A stretch of 64,000 nt of DNA. Origin: Actinomycetota bacterium. Lineage in GTDB: Bacteria; Actinomycetota; Acidimicrobiia; Acidimicrobiales; Ilumatobacteraceae. The position numbers and the translations under genes were made by a program. The notes under the pieces were generated by a model, which saw only the letters and a list, made by a program, of their open reading frames with translations, had not been told where the DNA came from and did no database searches. The DNA lies in the NCBI GenBank assembly GCA_963169215.1, contig CAUJEE010000124.1:523-64522 (forward strand), written 5' to 3'. Within the stretch, counting starts at the first letter, position 1, and every line of letters starts with the position of its first letter. This document shows, one piece after another, positions 59,952-64,000 of the stretch.

Positions 59952-61234
59952 CCCGCGAGAGCACAGGCACCGGCGACAGCAACGAGGTGCTCACCGAGAT
60001 CGACCGCACCGACGATGCGCTGGCCGGCAGCAACCTGCTCGTCGACCTCGCCCCGGGTATCTTCGGTCAGCAGCAGGCGGGCTGGCTGGTGACCATCGAG
60101 ACCGACGAAGGGTTGGTGCAGATCGACACCGGCGATCAGGCGCAGGCATCGCTCGCCGCCATTCGCTCGCGCACCGATGCAGTGTTCACCGACATCGTCT
60201 TCAGCCACGGCCACCAGCGCTACAACCTCGCCTGCCGCGACTGGGTGCTCGACTGTGTGCGCACCAGTGGGCGGGTGCCGCGCGTGATCGCCCACGAGAA
60301 CGTGCCCCGTCGGCAACGTCGCTACCAGGAGTCGAGCGGACTGCAGAATCGCCTGCTGGAGCGTCAGTTCCGCTACCCGAAGGGCTCGTTGGAGGGTCGA
60401 CAGTTCCCCTTCACCACCCCTACCCACGTGTTCCGCGACACGTTCGTGATCGATGCACCCGGCCGGGTCATAGAGGTGCACCACGCACCGTCGGAAACCG
60501 ATGACGCGGTGGCCGTCTGGCTGCCCGGCGACAAGGTGTTGTACGGCGGGCCGGCGTGCATCCCGTTCTTCCCCAACGTCGGCAGCCCGCAACGACCGGT
60601 GCGCGACCCTGTGCGCTGGGCCGACACCCTCGACCGTCTCGCCGTCTTTCCGGCCGAGGTGCTGATCTGCGAGTTCGGCGATCCCGTCCGTGGCCACGAG
60701 CAGATCGCCGACTACCTCGCCTCGACCGCCGCGGCGTTGCGTTGGTGTCATCGCACGGTTGTGGAGTTGATGAACGAGGGGCGCAACATCGCCGAGATCG
60801 TCAACATCGTCGAGTTCCCCACAGAAGTATTCGACCGACCGTGGCTGGTGGAGGGCTACACCTCGCTCGAACACGTCCTACGTGACGTGTATCGCACCCA
60901 GTTCGGCTGGTGGGAAGACCTCAACCCCACGTCGCTGCACCCGGCTCATCCGACCGACGTGGCCCGCGAGTTGCGCGCGGCCGTTGCCGACCCGCAAGCA
61001 GTACTTGATCGCGCTCGCGCGCTGATGCAGGCAGGCCAAGTGCAACTCGCGCTCCACGTCGTCGACCTGCTTGCGCTCGGCGACGCTGCCGACGCGCCCA
61101 CGGCGCAGGCCAAGCAGTTGAAGGCCGAACTGTGTCGGGCCGCGGCGCTGGCGAATCCCTCGTACGTCACGCAGAGCCTGTACCTCAACGGCGCTGACGA
61201 ACTCGACCGGGCCGCGGTTGAGGGCGATCGATGA
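59948..61234 (+). CDS. MBL-fold alkyl/aryl-sulfatase-like protein (type III sulfatase family) with a degenerate metal motif
   Basis: ATG 59948 overlaps the upstream stop. SHGHQRY stands where the family has HSHxDH. An alkyl-sulfatase dimerisation-domain-like part follows: [21 protein letters not shown]...[14 protein letters not shown]. Confidence 0.65.
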   Translation: MTRESTGTGDSNEVLTEIDRTDDALAGSNLLVDLAPGIFGQQQAGWLVTIETDEGLVQIDTGDQAQASLAAIRSRTDAVFTDIVFSHGHQRYNLACRDWVLDCVRTSGRVPRVIAHENVPRRQRRYQESSGLQNRLLERQFRYPKGSLEGRQFPFTTPTHVFRDTFVIDAPGRVIEVHHAPSETDDAVAVWLPGDKVLYGGPACIPFFPNVGSPQRPVRDPVRWADTLDRLAVFPAEVLICEFGDPVRGHEQIADYLASTAAALRWCHRTVVELMNEGRNIAEIVNIVEFPTEVFDRPWLVEGYTSLEHVLRDVYRTQFGWWEDLNPTSLHPAHPTDVARELRAAVADPQAVLDRARALMQAGQVQLALHVVDLLALGDAADAPTAQAKQLKAELCRAAALANPSYVTQSLYLNGADELDRAAVEGDR

Positions 61235-63492
61235 CCGCCGGCAGCTCCCCGCACTTTCGCACCTGCCCGCTCTGTGAGGCCACCTGCGGCCTGCAGGTCG
61301 AGGTTGCCGATGGCGTGGTCACACGGATCCGCGGCGATCTCGATGACGTGTTCTCCAAGGGCTATCTGTGCCCCAAGGGCTCGACGCTGAAGGCCCTGCA
61401 CGACGATCCCGACCGCATCCGGACGCCGCTGCACAAGGTCGACGGCGAGTTCCGCCCGATCTCTTGGAGTGAGGCCCTCGCCCTGCTCGACGAGCGGCTG
61501 CGCCCGATCGTCGTCGAGCATGGGCCCGACTCGGTGGGCGTGTACAGCGGCAACCCGTGGTCGCACAACTACGAGACGATCATCTACACGTCGATGCTCT
61601 ACGGCGCGGTGGGCAAGAACCGTTTCGCCGCCGCGACCGTCGACCAGCGCCCGCGCGAGATCGTGTCGAGCGTGCACTTCGGAGTGCGCACTGCCTTCCC
61701 CGTGCCCGACATCGACCGCACCGACCTGTTGGTGCTGCTCGGCTCCGACCCGATCGAGTCGAACGGCAGCCTGGCCACAGCGCCCGACTGGCCGGGGCGG
61801 ATGGCGGCCATCCGCGAACGCGGCGGACGGGTGATCGTGATCGACCCGCGTCGCTCGAAGACCGCCGACGTGGCCGACGAACACATCCCGCTCGTGCCCG
61901 GCACCGACGCCGCACTGTTGGCCGGTGTCGCCAACGTGCTGTTCGCCGACGGGCTGGTCGCCCCCGGCGCGACCGGCGAACACGTCGACGGATTGGCCGA
62001 GGCCGCGGCCGCGCTCGCCCCGTTCACACCCGAATCCGTCGCTCCGTGGTGCGGCGTTGCCGCCTCGCGCATCCGCAGTCTCGCCCACGAGATCGCCGCC
62101 GCACCGAGCGCGGCAGTGCACGGTCGACTGGGCACCTGCCTGCAAGACCTGGCCACTCTCAGCGCGTGGCTGCTCGACGTGGTGAACATCGCCACCGGCA
62201 ACCTCGACCGGCCCGGCGGCGTGATGTTCGCGCGGCCCGCGGCGCTGGGCCTGAACACCTCCGGGCGCCCGGGGGTGGGCGCGGGCAGCGACTACGGCCT
62301 GGTGCGCAGCCGGGTGCGCGACCTGCCCGGCGCGTTCCAACAACTCCCGGCAGTGTGCATGGCCGAGGAGATCGAGACTCCCGGCGAGGGGCAGGTGCGC
62401 GCGCTGATCACCATCGCCGGCAACCCGGTGCTGTCGGTGCCCGACGGTGCCCGCCTCGCCCGCGCCCTCGACTCGCTCGACTTCATCGTGGCGGTCGACA
62501 TCTACCTCAACGAGACCACCCGCCACGCCGACCTCATCCTGCCGGCCCCGAGTGCCCTCCAGCGCAGCCACTACGACGTGGCCTACTACCAGTTCTCGGT
62601 GCGCAACATCGCCAACTACTCGCCGCCGATCCTGCCTCTCGCCGCCGACGAGGTGCCCGAGTGGCGCACCCTACTGGCGATAACCGGCATCCTCCAGGGG
62701 CAGGGTCGCGACGTCGACGTCGACGCGATGGACGACGGGCTGGCTGCGCTGTTCGCGCAGGTCGCGGTTGCCGACGAGCATGGCCCGGTGCACGGCCGCG
62801 GCGCAGGCGAACTGCTGGACGCGCTGCATCCTCTGCGCGGCCCGGAACGCATCCTCGACCTGGCCCTGCGCACCGGGCCTTACGGCGACGCCTTCGGCAC
62901 TCGTCCCGGCGGGCTCAGCCTGGCGCTGCTGCGTGATCATCCGCACGGCATCGACCTCGGCGCGCTGGTGCCGCGGATACCCGAGATGCTGCGCACTCCC
63001 ACCGGTCGTATCGACCTCGCCACCCCCGCGTTCGTGGGCGATCTCGACCGCTTGCGACAGCGCCTCACCGAGCCGCACCCGCCGCTGGTACTGATCGGGC
63101 GGCGGCATCTGCGCTCGAACAACTCGTGGCAGCACAACATCACCACGTTGGTGAAAGGCAAGGAACGCTGCACGTTGCTGGTGCACCCGGACGATGCCGC
63201 CCGCCGCGGTCTGCTCAACGGCAACCGCGCGGTGGTCACCTCCGCGGTGGCGAGCCTCGTCGTCCCGGTGGAAGTGACCGACAGGATGTTGCCCGGTGTG
63301 GTCAGCCTGCCCCACGGGTGGGGGCACGACCTACCGGGGACGGCCCTCACAGTGGCCAGCGCGCACGCGGGCGTGAACGCCAATCTGCTCGCCGGCACCG
63401 ATGCTGTCGACCCGTTGTCGGGCAACCCGCACCTGAACGGCGTACCGGTGGAACTGACGCCTGCGCCACCGAGCGAGGAGGAGCAGCCATGA
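61231..63492 (+). CDS. Cytoplasmic molybdopterin (MopB-family) oxidoreductase, substrate unknown
   Basis: ATG 61231 overlaps the upstream stop. An N-terminal 4Fe-4S motif CPLCEATCG...CPKG is present. No Tat signal. 753 aa. Confidence 0.8.
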   Translation: MTAGSSPHFRTCPLCEATCGLQVEVADGVVTRIRGDLDDVFSKGYLCPKGSTLKALHDDPDRIRTPLHKVDGEFRPISWSEALALLDERLRPIVVEHGPDSVGVYSGNPWSHNYETIIYTSMLYGAVGKNRFAAATVDQRPREIVSSVHFGVRTAFPVPDIDRTDLLVLLGSDPIESNGSLATAPDWPGRMAAIRERGGRVIVIDPRRSKTADVADEHIPLVPGTDAALLAGVANVLFADGLVAPGATGEHVDGLAEAAAALAPFTPESVAPWCGVAASRIRSLAHEIAAAPSAAVHGRLGTCLQDLATLSAWLLDVVNIATGNLDRPGGVMFARPAALGLNTSGRPGVGAGSDYGLVRSRVRDLPGAFQQLPAVCMAEEIETPGEGQVRALITIAGNPVLSVPDGARLARALDSLDFIVAVDIYLNETTRHADLILPAPSALQRSHYDVAYYQFSVRNIANYSPPILPLAADEVPEWRTLLAITGILQGQGRDVDVDAMDDGLAALFAQVAVADEHGPVHGRGAGELLDALHPLRGPERILDLALRTGPYGDAFGTRPGGLSLALLRDHPHGIDLGALVPRIPEMLRTPTGRIDLATPAFVGDLDRLRQRLTEPHPPLVLIGRRHLRSNNSWQHNITTLVKGKERCTLLVHPDDAARRGLLNGNRAVVTSAVASLVVPVEVTDRMLPGVVSLPHGWGHDLPGTALTVASAHAGVNANLLAGTDAVDPLSGNPHLNGVPVELTPAPPSEEEQP

Positions 63493-64000
63493 CCCTGCGC
63501 ACCTACCCCGAGGGGCAACCACACCCAGGGCCGATCGCTCGCTTCGCCGCCGACTCCGACCCCGCCTGGCCGGTGCCACCGGCGCCGCCGGAGGGGGCGC
63601 CGAACGTGGTGGTGGTGCTGTTCGACGATCTCGGCTTCGCGCAGCTGGGGTGCTTCGGCGGACTGGGCACAAGGATCAAGACCCCGCACATCGACCGCCT
63701 CGCATCCACCGGCCTGCGCTACCAGAACTTCCACACCACCGCGCTGTGCAGCCCCAGCCGAGCCGCGCTGCTCACCGGGCGCAACCACCACAGCGTGGGC
63801 ATCGCCACCATCACCGAACGCGCCACCGGCTTCCCCGGCTACAACGGGCGCATCCCCAAAGACGCGGCGATGCTGCCGGCAGTACTGCTCGAACACGGCT
63901 ACGCGACGATGGCCCTCGGCAAGTGGCACCTCACGCCCGACGAGCACATCACACCCGCCGGCCCGTTCGACCGCTTCCCGATTGCCCAGGGCTTCGAGCG
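63489..64000 (+). CDS. Cys-type (formylglycine) arylsulfatase, 3' end outside the window
   Basis: My own translation from ATG 63489 (overlapping the upstream stop) gives NVVVVLFDDLGF...TALCSPSRAALLTGRNHHSVG, which is the C-x-P-x-R signature. There is no signal peptide. This ORF is absent from the track because it has no stop within the window. Confidence 0.85.
   Translation, partial: MTLRTYPEGQPHPGPIARFAADSDPAWPVPPAPPEGAPNVVVVLFDDLGFAQLGCFGGLGTRIKTPHIDRLASTGLRYQNFHTTALCSPSRAALLTGRNHHSVGIATITERATGFPGYNGRIPKDAAMLPAVLLEHGYATMALGKWHLTPDEHITPAGPFDRFPIAQGFE

Overview
This is a very GC-rich chromosomal core segment from an actinobacterium. It encodes mycothiol synthase MshD and carries the proB-obg-rpmA-rplU-rne gene order typical of the phylum. 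I called about 58 protein genes, 3 tRNAs (Val, Met, Asn) and one candidate sRNA. I saw no transposase, integrase, prophage or CRISPR array.

Layout:
- 1-10.1 kb: a translationally coupled purine block (purS/L, purQ, purC, purF, purD/M), then purN-guaB.
- 10.1-14.1 kb: a MoxR/vWA pair and murJ.
- 14.1-23 kb: proB, obg, dgt-like, rpmA, rplU, rne, and a DUF2344 plus radical-SAM pair.
- 23-30.6 kb: a GroES-like gene, a lipoprotein, two homocysteine methyltransferases around an aldo/keto reductase, and hisF-A-H-B-C.
- 30.6-40.6 kb: an sRNA locus, nth, mshD, an M3 peptidase, rlmN, an M23 peptidase and assorted small genes.
- 40.6-53.6 kb: an IMPase-family gene, two unknown genes, an ArsM-like methyltransferase, sodA, tRNAs, rpoD-dnaG, terC, ppdK and an M50 protease.
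- 53.7-64 kb: tetR plus a long coupled operon (Dpp-type ABC importer, MBL-fold sulfatase-like gene, molybdopterin oxidoreductase, Cys-type arylsulfatase).

Most interesting observations:
1. An in-frame TGA sits exactly where ArsM-like methyltransferases carry a metalloid-binding Cys, and a SECIS-like hairpin follows it. This is a candidate selenoprotein.
2. The TetR-controlled importer/sulfatase/Mo-enzyme operon has a perfect 8-4-8 AT-rich operator.
3. A GroES-fold paralogue ends in an HbYX/GQYL-like tail (GLYL).
4. Two gene fusions occur in purine synthesis (PurS-PurL and PurD-PurM).
5. A promoter- and terminator-bounded sRNA has two C-rich loops (6C-like).
6. A 10-bp tandem repeat lies in a divergent promoter region.

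Coordinates follow the supplied ORF track. Internal start codons were chosen by homology-style reasoning and carry an uncertainty of a few codons. No database search was possible, so all family calls come from motif recognition.
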